The notes: a model not told the origin generated them from the letters alone. A stretch of DNA of 64,000 bases from Camelus ferus (GCF_009834535.1 NC_045697.1:66094001-66158000); one strand, 5' to 3'; counted from the stretch's first letter, positions 11,202 to 25,185 are shown. A program made the numbers and translations.

Positions 11202-13384
11202 TATTGTAGATTTTAGTGTTTTGTTTTTTTCTTCTTTAACGTGAAAGTTTAAAGAAGTCATTTCTTTGGTTTTTCTTCTTTTTTTTTTTTTAAATTTCCA
11301 AGTGACTGAAATTTTTCTTTGATGTTTTTATTAACATTTACTTCTAATTTCACTTTTTGTGACCAGGGAATGTGGTCTGTAGAATTTCTTCTTTTTATTT
11401 ATTTACTGAAATTTTCTTTTTGTCCTACTACGCAATTTTTGTAAAAGTTCTAAGAGTACTTGAAAAAAAGACATAGTCTAAGTATAGATTTAATTATATG
11501 TCAAATAATAATGAGTTATTATTTATACCATTTTTTTCAAAGTGGATAACAAATGCATCATAAGTCAATTTCTTGGATCCTGACTACATGCATATAACTT
11601 TTTTTTAATTGGAATAGAATAAATAAAAGATTATCAAAGTGTCACAGTAAACCATCTTAGACCTTTTTTCCAGTTATATATATATCTATCTAGCAGTCTG
11701 TGCTTAGGGTCATAAGTCTAATGTGTCTCTTACAGTGAGTTCCAGTCACAAATGTTTGAAGAGCACCTTTCTGTATCTTAATTATTTTTCTGTTCTCTTT
11801 TCTGTTAAGTAGACAAGAGAGTTAAAGCCTCATATTTGTCTCTGTTGACTTTTCACTCTATATATCCTGCAGTGTTTATGCATTTCATAATTAGAATGCA
11901 TTTGCACATGTCAGTTACATTTTTATTGTAGATATAAATTCTGTTATTAAAAAGTAACTTTCAGGCTTAACACTTTGGCTTTGTGCATTATTAATAGCAT
12001 GACTTTCTTTTCCTTTCCATTTTTTGCATTTTCCTTTTGATTTCAGGATTAAACCTGAAATGTTTCATTTTACTTTATCTTAGAATAATGTGTTGGAAAC
12101 TACTTTTAAGTTTTGTATTCAGTGCATTCTTCGTCTTCTTTCTAGAGCTTTTCTCAGAGATACTTCGATTTATCTAAGATATTAAAGGTATTTCCCTATC
12201 TATTGTGACGTTCAAATTAAGACTGTCCAGATTTTATAATCTATAGTTTTGGCAGTAAACCATTCAAAGGGACAATATATGATGTGTTTTACTAGGTATT
12301 CAAAGGAACTGCCTCTTGAAAGTCAGTTGCCATGTTTGAGAATTGAACCATGTAGAGCAATATACAATTAGAATATCAAAAAGGGCACACTTACATAAGT
12401 CTGCAGAACAGGTATGAAGATTTATGTGTTTTCATTCTTCTTTGGGAGATCACCTTTATTTGTGGATTATCAAATTGATTTAGACTATTTCTGTGTGAAA
12501 TCATGGTCTCCTAGTAGTGATTTTGTTTGTTTGTTTTTTGAGTGGTCCTCGATCTTGGACCACTTGGAAAGGTAGACTCAGTGGCAGGTTTAAATGCTTC
12601 TTTTGTTTCATGGTAGACTTAGATATGAGACTGGGTAAAAGCATACCGGAAAATTTGAGATATAAGATTTATCTTTTCATACATGCTACTGTTGGGGAAT
12701 TTCATTTGGAATGACTGTGTGGAAACTTGTGATCTTCTTACATAGGCTAATTAATGTAGGTTCCAATTGCCTTTGGTAATGAGATAATCATCTTCTGCCT
12801 CTAAAACATAGAATTTTTTTTACTGTTTTTATATGGAAAGACCAGCTGTTTCCCCTCATGTTTCTTTATTTTGTATTTTGTTTATTCCGCTCTCATGGCA
12901 CAAATTATGACTCATTTAGCTACTTATGCACATGGCTATTTAGCTCCTATTGTTAGTTTCTTTAGGGCAAGTAGAACTATAATTTGCCTTTTTTTTTTCT
13001 TTCTTTCTTTAATATCCTCTACCTCCTGGTACAGTACCTTAAAAAGAGAAGGCATTCAGCAAATGTCAGAATTAATAGTAGCCAGTGTTTTTATAATTGT
13101 TTCTGCTTTTCACCATTCTTCCCTTCATTTTAATATTTTGCTTTTTTGCTTTCTTCTTTCTCCTTTGTGCTGCTGCTTAAAAGTGTTTGCTTTGAATCAG
13201 AAAGCATCATTGCATCAGGAATATCTTTTTGGCTATTGACTCTTATTATTTTTTGTTGTTTACTTCCAAAAATAGTTCAAATAAATAAATCTAAGCATTT
13301 GAGCACTATTCTAATTCTAGATTATTGACTATATTGGAAAGTTGGTATTTTATATAAACAAGCTCTTACTATATTCTGTTAGTC

Positions 13385-14812
13385 TTTAAAGTGTGATCTG
13401 TGAACCTTAGCGGTCCCTAGGATCAAAACTATTTCATAATAATGTTAAAACATTACTTGGTTTTTTTTTTTTTTACAGTGTTGTATCAGTTTCAGGTGCA
13501 CAGCATAGTGTTCAGTTATGCATATGTATTCTTTTTCGTATTCCCGGTGCCGTACAGTAGGACCTTGTTTACCTACTTTATATATAGTAGCTAGTATCTG
13601 TAAATCTCAAACTCCTGATTTATCTCTCCCCATCTTTTCCCTTTGGTAACCATAAGTTTGTTTTCTGTATCTGTGAGTCTATTTCTATTTTGTAAATAAA
13701 TTCATTTGTGTCATTTTTTAAAATTCCACCTATAATTGATACCATATGGTATTTGACTTTCTCTGTCTGACTTCACTTAATATCTTTTGAAACAAAATGT
13801 GAACTACCCTCTGCTGTGTACCAAGGTACAGTAGTTGTCTCAAGAGAAAGCATTTGAGGAGTTGCTTTGAATTGTGATCTCAGCTTGTCATTCTTTTACA
13901 GAACACCATTTTTACTTGAAAGAATGAATGACCAGCAAACTACATTTATGCAGATTTAGGTATTTAGCAGATATTTTCTCAAAAATGAACTGGTATCAAG
14001 GAAGACAACTGACAGCATTTATTGCAAGTGATAAAATTCCAGTTTCAAAGAAAAAGTTTTGGAAAATATATCCACAGCTGTGAGTTTGACAATCTCTAGA
14101 TATTTAGAACCAGTGGTGAGATTAATGAAAATAATTTTTAAAATAAAATATCATGACTTGTCAACATTTAGAAGATCTGCATTAATCATTCAATGAACCA
14201 GTATTTTCCAAAAGACCAGTGCACACATACTAAAAAAAAAAAAATGCATGGGTTAAAGACCTATTAAAGTACGAGATAGACCAGTGGGTTTCAATGAAAC
14301 AATGTGAAAGTTTATTAATGTTGTTTCAGATTCCACATTGCAGCAACCTTTAGAAAAACTACCATCTGTCAAATATGGATTTAGTATCACAGAATAACAA
14401 CAGTCACGTAAAAAGGCTATGAAAATATTTCTCCCTCCCCTAACTGTTTAACTATGATCAGGCATGATTTTCCTCATAAACCTAAATAATATACTACAAG
14501 ACAAAAGCAATATACTGCAAACAGATTAATTGCACAGACATGAGAATCTAGCTGTCTTCTATTAAACTGGAGATTTTCACAGATGTAAAACAATGCAACT
14601 GTTCTCACTGAATTTGGGGGGTAGGGGAAGGAGGGGATATAGTTTTCATAAAGTATGTTAATATGTAAAGACTTTGTTTAATAAATAAATATTTAAACTT
14701 TTTTTTAGTTTCTGTTTTCTAATATAAATATCATAGACAAAATCTACATAAGCAGAACTCTTCAGGGCCCTCATTTTTTAAGAGTAAAGGAGGTCCTAGA
14801 TTGAGGAATGTT
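13385..14812 (+). mobile_element. Charlie1-family hAT DNA transposon fragment, interrupted by an L1 3' end
   Basis: Charlie1-like motifs tcaaaactatttcataataat, gaacaccatttttacttgaaagaatga, ttcagattccacattgcagcaaccttt, and a terminal tttttaagagtaaaggaggtcct (recalled consensus). Confidence 0.75.
13460..13785 (-). mobile_element. L1 3' UTR fragment (artiodactyl/camelid-type) nested in Charlie1
   Basis: Poly-T followed by the same 3' UTR text seen at 28540, 30340, 33900 and 49310 (ctttggtaaccataagtttgttttct). Confidence 0.8.
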
Positions 14813-16087
14813 GTTATATTGTAACCTTCCCTCATTCCCCCATATTATCAAACCACCTCCTCTTTTAGTCACTTACCAGTCAGGCTATGGGGATACCACT
14901 TGATTCAGTGTGGTATACATGTTAATGTATATATCTTGATGGTATACATTACATATTCAATAAAAGTTCTAAGTAATTGAGTACATGTAGGAGAGTAAGC
15001 CCAGCTTTTCCTTTATTTTTTACTGTCTTGTTAATGAAGCATATTAAGCATGAGTTTTAAAAATTGGTATGTCTTCACCATATATTTTGTACTATAATCT
15101 GTATATCATAAGGGGAGAAAAATCAAAAGAAAAGATGAATATATAATCAAGTTCAAGAAACTCTAGTTCTCCTTATACTCACTAATAGGATTTTTAGAGC
15201 CCCCCTAAGCATAAGACATTTGAATGACTAATTTTGAAAAAATTATTCTTCATTTTGAATGAAAAAGCTTTTTAAAGAAAAGTGGACAATCCACATCATT
15301 TTACAATAGCCCTTTTCAAGTGTAAGAAACCAGGACACTGTTGTTAAACTGTTCAAGTCATATGCATTAGCTTTAGGTCAGACTTTTGATACAGTAAAGA
15401 TCTAAATTTTTAGTTTTATGTATGATTTTTGTATATCAGGAACACTAAAAAAGCAGATTCCATAGTAACTTCTTACTTGTTTTACGCTAATTGGATTGTA
15501 ATTTTATTACTTTACATAATAACCAGAATTTGTAAGTGGCTTTATACATACGGCAGTTAACATAGCTGTGATTGGTTCCAAAGCAAAATTTTTTGCCCAC
15601 AGCACACTCAGCATTTATAAAATTGTTCTTTTCGAATAATTTTGTGATTTGCTTTTCAGTAGTGTTGCTAGGACTTCATTGCAGGAAGTTAAAAAATGTA
15701 TTTTTAGTGTCCTCCAGGCAATTGGTTATGTAGGTCTTGGTTAATGTTACTTACAAATATGGCTCAAGAGCCTTATAATAATGATTGCTATCGTTTCATG
15801 ACAGTTAATGGGGGGAGGCCAAGAGTTTTAGGGTGTCAGGATTTAGACTTTTGGTCTTGGATTTTAGATTTGCTGCTTTCTCCTATGACTTTGGACAAGT
15901 TGCTTTCTGTAAACTTTAGTTTATCTATAAAATTATGATATAATGTGCCCTCAGAGTCATTGTAAGGATTGAATATGTGTTTCACTTATGGACTTGATAC
16001 TGAACAACAGTTAATGATAGCTATTGTTTTTTTTAAATCAGCACCTTTGAATTAAAGATCCATGTGGTCATTGCTTTTTAAAACATA

Positions 16088-16455
16088 CAACTGGTCCTCT
16101 TATCCATAGGTTCCCTCATCTACAGTTTCAACCAACTACTATGGAAAATATTAAAAGAAAAAAATCCAGAAAGTTCCAAGTAACAAAACTTGCACTTGTC
16201 ATACTGCAACTGTTTATTACAACTTTCGTATTTCATATTTATTACAGCTTTCATATTTGTATTTACAACTAGTTACCTAGAATTTACACTGATACTAGGT
16301 ATTATAAGTAATCTAGCTGTGTGCATAGGTTATATGCAAATAGATGCCATTTTATATAAGGGACTTGAGCATCCACCAGTTCTGGTGTGTGTGGGGGAAG
16401 CAGGGAGGCCCTGGAACCAATCCCCACAAACCTCAGGGATACTGAGGGACAACTG
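16088..16455. mobile_element. Tigger3-family (MER7-like) non-autonomous element
   Basis: TA-flanked; ends ggaaccaatcccc...gatactgagggacaactg; internal taggttatatgcaaat...ccattttatataagggacttgagcatcc. Confidence 0.8.
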
Positions 16456-16627
16456 TATTCACTAAACAAGGCACTGGATACTTTTACTTTAATATGAATT
16501 CCTTAAATCTGATCTCTTCTCCTCAAATGTATAGGGGAGAATAATTTTGAAACTCAGCCCTTGGAGAGAGAAAACCATGGTGGAATACTATACTCATCTG
16601 TTCTGGATAGACAGATGATGCCAACTT

Positions 16628-17008
16628 TATTAGTTTGTTAGGGTTGCCATAACATAATACCACAGACTGGGTGGCTTAAATTGCAGACATTTATTTTCTC
16701 CCATATCTGGAGGCTAGAAATCCAAGGTCAAGGTGTTGGCAGGTTTGGTTTCTTTTACGGCCTTTCTCTTTGGTTTGCAGGCGGCCACCTTCCCACTCTA
16801 AACTCACATTACCTTTCCTTCATGAACACACTTCCTTGGTGTCTCTCTCTTATAAGGACATCGGTTATATTGGATTAGGTCACTAACTTAATGGCCTCAT
16901 TTTAACCTAGTCACCTCTGTGAAGGACTTGTCTCCAAATACATTACATTTTGAGGTACTGGAGGTTGAAATTTCAACATTTTGGAGGGGACATAATTTTG
17001 CCCATAAT
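16628..17008 (-). mobile_element. MLT1-type LTR
   Basis: agggttgccataaca...ccacagactgggtggcttaaa...ctggaggctagaaatccaaggtcaaggtg...taatggcctcattttaacc. Confidence 0.85.
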
Positions 17009-17019
17009 TCCTGTATTTG

Positions 17020-17220
17020 CATAAGAGCTAATGTTTGTTGGGTACTGGCTACGTGCCAGTTACTGAAACTAAGTGCTTAATATATATCATCTGATTTTAT
17101 GTGCACATTAGTCTTGTAATTATTACTATCTCTATTTTACAGATGAAGACACTGAGACTTAAGAGATTCACTAACTTAACTAAGAGATGGGATAGAAATT
17201 CAAGTCTTTTGGGCTCTAGT
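17020..17220 (-). mobile_element. MIR SINE fragment
   Basis: ctattttacagatgaagacactgagacttaagaga core motif. Confidence 0.65.
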
Positions 17221-17475
17221 GTCTCCATGTTCTCTTAGGCAAGAACTGGGTACTAGGAAACAAGAGCACAAAGAGAAAAGGGTTAAAATGTTAAATACAA
17301 ACCTCTGTTTTGCAGTGTCTACTAAGGTCTTGCTGGTAAGTAACCTGTGAAATGGGAAATCACTTAATGCCAGCACTGGTTGACTATTAATTTGTTCTTT
17401 AAAAAGTGGGAGGAATTTTTGGTTTTAGGATGGAAACAGTGAATGAAGCTAAAGATTTTTAGCACATGACTATAA

Positions 17476-17721
<246 letters not shown>

Positions 17722-17882
17722 TAAGCAACTTAATAGATTCATTCTATTTATGTGTATAAGATTTGTTTTGAGAAAAAGTTACTCAAACTGAAAAATGTTG
17801 ATGACTCCCCCCCCCTTTTTTTTGCCTTTTCCTGACTGCAGCTTGCTCATTTTTTCCTAATTTAGAGATAAAGAGAGGTACA

Positions 17883-17897
17883 TGTGTGTGTATGTAT

Positions 17898-17928
<31 letters not shown>
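17883..17928. repeat. Imperfect (TG)n microsatellite
   Basis: Direct reading. Confidence 0.9.
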
Positions 17929-18199
17929 ATTCTGGATAACTGATCTTCAAGAAAAAGTTTAGTGAGAGCAGAGATTTAATTTTTTAGTTCTCCATAGATA
18001 GGGAAGTTATTTTAACAAGTACCTTTGATTGTTTATAACTGCTTTATGTTTTGTTCTTGAATCCTAGAATCAAATCATTTTAACATTTTTGGGACACATT
18101 TTGTGAGCTAGCACAGAGCTTGTATTATACTTAGGTAGACAGTAAATAAATAAAAAATACAGTATGTTAAATATGGGCAAAAGGGAAGGGAAATACAGA

Positions 18200-19290
18200 G
18201 TTTGGGGTCAGGGTTAAGGGCATGGTTCCTAAAGACTACAGTTGGAAAGGCTCCATTGAGAAGATATTTGAGCAAAGACGTGAAAGAGCTAAGAAAGGGA
18301 ACCATATGGATGTAGTGGGAGGGGCGTTGGGAATATAAATAGCCTGTTTAATGACCCTGAAGTGATATGCCTGGTATTTTTGAGGAAAGTAGGGGGGTAA
18401 TAATGCAAAGTGAAGGACCTGAGGTCATAAGATGAAGAGTGGGATAGAGAAGGGGCTTAATCATGTTCATGTTAAGCCCATAGGCTGTTTGGTTTTTATT
18501 CTGAATGAGATGGGAAGCTAATGGAGCATGTTGAGCAGAGGAGTAAAATAATCTGACTTGCATGTTTAAAAGTCTTTGAGGCTGTAGGAGAGTAGTAGTT
18601 AGAAGTATGCATGCTGTTGTGATAACCAACGGCAAAAATGATGGAAGCTTAGACCATGCTAGTTAGCCTGTGGGAGTGATAAGAAGTGGTTTAGGTTCTG
18701 GATATGCTCCGAAGATAGAACACAGAAGATTTATTGATAGATTTCAAATGGAATAGGAGAGAAAGGAATCAAGGATGACCCTAAGATACTTGGCTTGGAC
18801 AACTGAAAGGATGGAGTTAACACTAACTGGGATAAAGAATACTCTCTTGGGTATGGTGGGGGAGCGCCTTTTGAAGGAAAGATTGGCAGTTCAGTCTTGG
18901 ACATTCTGTGATTGAGAAGACTCTTAAACATCTAAGTAGACATGTCAGGTAGGCAACTGGATTTGTGATATGTGGGTTCTGGAGAGAGGTCTAGGTTCCA
19001 TATCTAAATTTAGGAATTGTCAGGATATAGATTTGATATTTAAATGTACATGATTAGATGAAATCACTAAGAGATACGAGTATAGCTGGAAAAGAGAAGA
19101 TCTCTTAGTTTAAGGACTTAAGCCAGGGGAGCTATGGATTCTAAGAACAGGAAGGTGGGAAGAAACCTGTAGAAGGTTCTAAGAAGAAGCAGTCACTGAG
19201 ATAAGAGAAAAGTCAAAAGTCATCAGAAGCTAAGTGAAGAAGTGTTGCAGAAAGGTGCAAGAGATCAACTGTCCACTGCTAAGATGAGTT
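18200..19290 (-). mobile_element. L2 LINE fragment
   Basis: gaatgagatgggaagc...gagcagaggagt...atctgacttg, ggaatcaaggatgacc, gacatgtcaggtaggcaactgga: typical antisense L2 text. Confidence 0.7.
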
Positions 19291-19419
19291 CTTAAAATGA
19301 ACTTTTTAAGGCCCCAATGTACATGCCTTTATCCTGAACTTCACTCTGAAATAAAAAATTAGTGAAGGTCCTGTGCAGTAAATCCTGAGAAAAATTGATA
19401 CATTAGCACTCCAATTTTT

Positions 19420-21660
19420 ACTTTTTATTTTGAAAAACTTTTCGACTTACAGAAAAGTTGCAAGTCCACAGTCCTTTTAAAAAGTTTCACCCATTGTTAA
19501 CATTTCCCCACATTTATCACCTTCATAAAATAATGATTAGAATTATTACTGAAACCTTTCCCTCTCATAATTTCATATTTACCTCCTAAGAATAAGATCA
19601 TTCTCTCACATAACAAAAGTAGCATTTCAAATTCAGAAATACCAATTAACTTTGGTACTATACTGCTAATACATAGTCCATATTTAAATTTTATCAGTTT
19701 TCCCAATAATGTTCTTGATAGTGGTGCCACTCAGAGTAGTGGTTTGTCAATTACAAGTGTGCCCTATAATATAAATCAATGTACTCATTTCTTGACCAAG
19801 AAAGTCTTGTAATGGGGAAAAAAATCAGCTGAACTAAGCAATGTGCTTTAGTAATGTAGTTGTTTTTCCTTCTGGTTTAACTTTCTTATCTTACCATGGA
19901 CAGATAACTAAACAGTTTCATTTCATGGACCATATTTTGAATAGTACTTTATAGTAAAATTTTTCCCAGCAATATGTTGGATTTAGTTTGTCATGTGTAT
20001 TTAATCTTGTTCAATCTGAAAGTTTCTCAGTCTTCTTGATTCTCATGATATTGGCCTTTGAAGCTAACAGGCCATTTTTCTTTTTAGAATGTCTCTATTT
20101 CTACATCCCGGGTGTTTCTTCTTGATTAAATTTAGATTAAGTGGCATGAGCTACAAAAGTGATTTTGTGTCCTCCTCAGCGTGTCATGTTAGGAGGCACA
20201 CTGATAATTAGTGAAGTGAACTTTATCCACTCAGAAACCTGCCGGGTTTCTTCTGTAAAGTTAACCATTTTCCCCTTTGTAATGATCAAGTCATCTGTGA
20301 CGAGTCACTTTTAAGACAGGTAACGATCCTCCTCCTCAGCAGACTGCCCTTCAGTAGTTGTGGCGTCTATTGATGATTCTTGCGTGCGTCAGTTATTACA
20401 ATAGTAGTTGTGAAATGTGGTATTCTAACTGGCGTTCTAGAATTTATACTTTTATTATTTGATGTTCTACTATAGATAGTTTTCCCTTTTCCCTTTATTC
20501 ATTTATTCATATATTTAGTTAGTACAGTAAATAAAAAAATGGAATTGTAGGTTCTTTTCTGCTCAATGGATTATAATCTATTACTACTGTTACTCATTTT
20601 GATGTTCAAATTGCTCAGTTTTGGCAGAGGAGGACCCCTTTCAGCAGACTCTGGTTTGGAGAGTTTCCTGTCATTTTTTGACCCTTTCCTTTCTGGCACA
20701 AGATGTTCCAGACTAGTACTTCCCCTACTCAAGGCCTGAAATTAGAATTTGCCATTTCTCCAAATATCACTGTTCCTTTTAAAGGGAATAGTATTTGGAA
20801 ATCTGAGGACTAGGTGTGTTCTTTCTTTGCTATTGGGTGAAGCAGGGGATTATGTCATTGCCTTTTCAGCAAAATGGGCTAAAATATATGAGACGGGGAG
20901 AATTTTTTGTTGTTGTTTTTTAAAATCAGGAGTTTATAATGATATATTTAATTGTAATCTACCGCTACAGGGCTCTTCCTTGCCTATCCAAATTTCCTTC
21001 TCTGACAGTGACAGCTCTGCTTCCACCAGTTTTAGTATATTTGCTAATTTGTTCAATCATCCAGTATACATAAAATAGTTTCAGAATTGTTGTAACCATA
21101 CCACTTGACCATTAAGCCCCCTAAGAGTTCAAGATTTGAGGGTATGTGGTTAAAGTATTTGGATTATTTATTTAAATTTTTCTTTTAAAGATCAGTTCAT
21201 TAATTTGTTTGTATTCCTTTTAAAATTTTTCCCTTGTCCCTTTTTTAAATTTTACTTTTAAATATTTAAAATATTAACATGGTTCCAAAAATCAAAACTC
21301 TGTGTAGAATGTGCTTAGAGAAGTGTTAAATTAACTTCCTATCACTTTTCCTTCCAGCCCCGTCCCTCACCCCATCTCAGAATTAACCAGTTTGTTTAGT
21401 TTCTATTCATACTTTTTCTTTCATGTATCTTTTTTTCTCTTGCTTTTTACACAAAAGATAGTGCTATATAACTTGTGCTGTGTATGTATAGATACAAATA
21501 TATCTACACACAGTTATTCTTTGTTTTATTAGCAGTATATAAATATATTCTAGAAATCATGTCAGCTCATAAAAATACTTAATTCTTTTTAACAACTCCA
21601 TAGTACTGCATTATATGAATGTTCCGTAGTTACAATCAGTACCCATGCATAGGTCTTTTT
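19420..21660 (-). mobile_element. Old L1M (L1MC/ME-like) 3' region fragments
   Basis: Begins ttttattttgaaaaacttttcgacttacagaaaagttgcaag; later ttttgatgttcaaattg and ttctggcacaagatgttccag. Probably several pieces. Confidence 0.55.
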
Positions 21661-21666
21661 GGTTAT

Positions 21667-21892
21667 CAGGGTTTCTTACCTTGACACTATTGACATTTTG
21701 GACCAGGTAGCTCTTTGTTGTGAGGGACGGTTCTTTACGTTGTAGGATGTTTAGCGAACCCCCTGTCCTCTACCAGCTAAATGCTAGGTTGCACTTCCCT
21801 AGTCAAGACGATCAAAAATGTCTCCAGACATTGCCAAATGTTCTCTGGAGATGGAATCCGCCTGTGCCCTGCCCCCTGACTCGAGGACCACT
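21667..21892. mobile_element. MER20 hAT element
   Basis: cactattgacattttgg...tgtaggatgtttagc...aaaaatgtctccagacattgccaaatgt matches recalled MER20 consensus. Confidence 0.85.
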
Positions 21893-24528
21893 AATACAGA
21901 TAATAGAAACTGGCAGTTGATGAAATCTTTCAGGAAGCATTAATAGACAAGAAGGGTCTGAAGATAGAATCCTAGGTAATACTGACAATTCAAGAAGGTG
22001 AAAAAAGGAGGAAAGCCTTCTGCAGAGATTAAGAACAGGCTAAGAGATACAGAGAAAATCAGAAGTAATAGAACCTTTACACAGTGAAGTTTCGGATAGG
22101 GCCAGATTTTCAAAGAGCGACAATGTACGGAACCACAAAGGAACAGATAACCAATGAAAAATTTGTTTTGTTTTGTTTTCAAATCACACTTGATGTTTTA
22201 GAGGATATCATTGCCCTTAGAACAGTTTCACCAAAGTGGTGGGGCAGAGGATATAAAACAGTAAATTAAGAACTACATAGGAAATGAGGAAATAGAAAGT
22301 CACTCTTACAACATTTGTGAAGTCGACAGGAGAATTTGCTTATTTCACTGCTGTGTCCACAGTGCCTAGAACCTCTGGCACATTGAATGAAATGCAGTCT
22401 TTAGTACATCATAGGCTTAGGAGAAAGAGTTTAAGGAGAGAGAAAAGATTGGAAGAGAAGATAATAGATAGTTAAGGCCCTGTAGGAAGTAGAAAGGGCT
22501 AGAATCCCTTAACACAGAGGGGACTTTGACAGAAGGGGATAACTTGGTTGATCTGCGACTGGATAAAAGTACACATAGTGGTCAATTCTTGTTCTTGTGG
22601 AATTTTTTCTTTTATTTTTAAAGCTTCAGTCATACAAGAAAATTAATAAATAATGAACATATATATATGCCACCTGTATTTAATAATTATTGTTTTCCCT
22701 GTTTTTCATTGTTTTATTGATTACTATTATTAGCTGAAATATTTTAAAGTAAATTGTAGATGTCCCCAACATTTCTCCCCGTAATACTTGGCTATATATC
22801 CCCCTTCCAAAAAAAGAATGCTGTTACCAGTGAACAAATTTTTACATCATCTAATTCCCAGTTTATATTCAGATTTCATGTGTTTTGTAGCTGATTCTTC
22901 AAACCAGGATCTAAACAAGGAGCATCTACTACAAGTGGACGTTAAGACTCTTCCCTTTCTTTTGATCTTAAAATAATCAACTCCCCTCCTCCTCTTTTTT
23001 TTAAGGATTTTAACTTTTTAAAGAAATCAAATGTTTTCTTAAAGAAAATAGACTTTTCTGATTGTCTCTTCATGATGGTATTGAATTTATTCCTTTATCG
23101 TTTGTATTTCCTGTAACTGGACATTAAGTCCAAGGCATGCTAAGATTCTTGGTCAGCATGAAGACTTACTACATCAAGAGTCACTTGAGTTTGTCTTACA
23201 GAGTTGTGATCAATCTGATCACTAGGATAAGGTTGTGAAGATCAGGAAAATAAGGACCTTTGAAGTGGTTATTCAGTACAGGAATTTCGAAAGTATTCCA
23301 ACGTGAATGCTTTCATTTTCTTGGTGAACTAAGAGACAAAACAGTTAGAAAGTGTCCATGTAGTGAGGCAGAGTGAAAATTTAGAGTTGGGTACATTAGG
23401 AATGAGAAGTCTGGGTATAATGGAAACAGACACACGTAATTGTCTTCAAATATTGAAGGACAGCCATAATGTTAAGAGATTTATTTTACCTTGTTACTTT
23501 AGAGCAGTTTTTCAGAGCAAAGTTCAAGAAGTCAACCTAGAAACTTGGTAAAAATACATATTCCTAGTCCTGCAGAATCTGTTTTTATATGCTTTCAGGG
23601 AATTCTTATGCATAACCAGTGCCCTAATAGGTAACAGCTGAACTAAAATGAACAGATACAGAGAAGTTACTAAAATACAGGTCCTGGATAAGTGTCTAAG
23701 AGAGCTGTCCGAAAAGAGAATTAGCTGCATAATAAAGTCTGTGGTCTCTGGCACTAGGCATACACTTAAGTGTATTTCTTTCTGTGATCTTTATAACTTC
23801 TGCCTGTTTGTTGTATTTCTGCTTTCTGATCTTCAGAATGCTTACTATGGTAGAAAACCAAAATTTCAAAATGAGATTTTTTTTGTTTGGGAGATAGTTT
23901 AGTAAATTTGGCCCCAAATGTCTTTTATATAGGATAAACATATAAACTGAAATGGAGTGAGATTAAAGTTAGTTGTTGTAGGATGAAGCCTTACGTAAAA
24001 TTAAGTACTCACTGTCTATTGAAGAAATGTTTTGTTCCTGGTAGACATTCTGATGCTAAATGGGACCATCTGATTTTAACACTTTGATTTTGATCACCTG
24101 GGTAGGCTATGAAAATTCCTTTATCTTTGTCTTAGTGTACACTTCATTAATTTCTGTGGAGCAACATGACAACACCCACCTTTTATGCAGAGTGTAAGTG
24201 AAAAAATAGTAGGAAAGAGAAGGTGAGCATGCAGTAAATGAGTATGGATCTTAAGAAAATCAGTGCAGGTTTTTTTGTTCTTTTCTATCCCAGACTAGAT
24301 AATTTGAGATATTTTCAAAGAATATTGACTTTGGAATTGTAAATTTATATACACAGTCATACTGAAATGAAAAAAGTTGTTTTAATCTTTGACAGGTATA
24401 GATTAAATTTATTATTAAAAAGAACTATAGAGATACTGTATTTTATATAAACGCATATACACAGTTATAATGAAATAACATTGGTAATACGTTAAAATAC
24501 TGTGTTTTTTCTCTGAAAATATTTTTAG

Positions 24529-24700
24529 TTCTGAGCCATCTGAAGATGAAGAGTCCCAAGGCCTTCCTACCATGGCAGGTAGAAATAATAATGATATTTC
24601 AGAACTGGAAGACCTTTCGGAATTGGAAGACCTTAAAGATGCTAAACTTCAGACCTTGAAGGAACTTTTTCCACAGAGAAGTGACAGTGATTTACTTAAG
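24529..24700 (+). CDS. SMARCAD1: SMARCAD1 exon 4: [57 protein letters not shown] (start of CUE1)
   Basis: tttttag acceptor, weak donor AAG|GTTATA; 172 nt, phase 2 to 0; CUE FP motif. Confidence 0.93.
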
Positions 24701-24989
24701 GTTATATACCCTTTTATAGTAATTGGTTATTATAGCTGTAATGATGATTAAAATGTCTCCTATATCCAATGGTATATATTGTGGATAGTCACTTTTCTCA
24801 AGATAGCTTTTGAAGATAATTATTAACTTTTATATAATAAAGGCAAATGCCAGGGATTTACTTGTTGAGAATCTTAACTTACAGTAAGTGTGGTTTATTC
24901 ACCTATAAATAATATAATTTGATCTTCTCTCAATATCTCTCATAGGTTATGAATTTTTTGTGTTTGAATGGTTCTAAAATGGGGACACC

Positions 24990-25185
24990 CCTCTTACCTT
25001 CATCTCCCACTGGAAACTCAGAAATGTCAGGAGGCTTTTTTTCTTTCTCTCCCCATAGTAAAAAGGGGTTGCTATTGACATTTAGTGCCATATGGTCAGG
25101 GATGCTAAACACCCTACAACACTGAGGACAGTCCTGTAGAATGAAAGAATTGTCCTGCCAGTAGCACCCTTGCTGAGAAATACTG
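24990..25185. mobile_element. MER20-like hAT fragment
   Basis: ggtcagggatgctaaacaccctacaa...ggacagtcc...aaagaattgtcctgcc. Confidence 0.6.
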
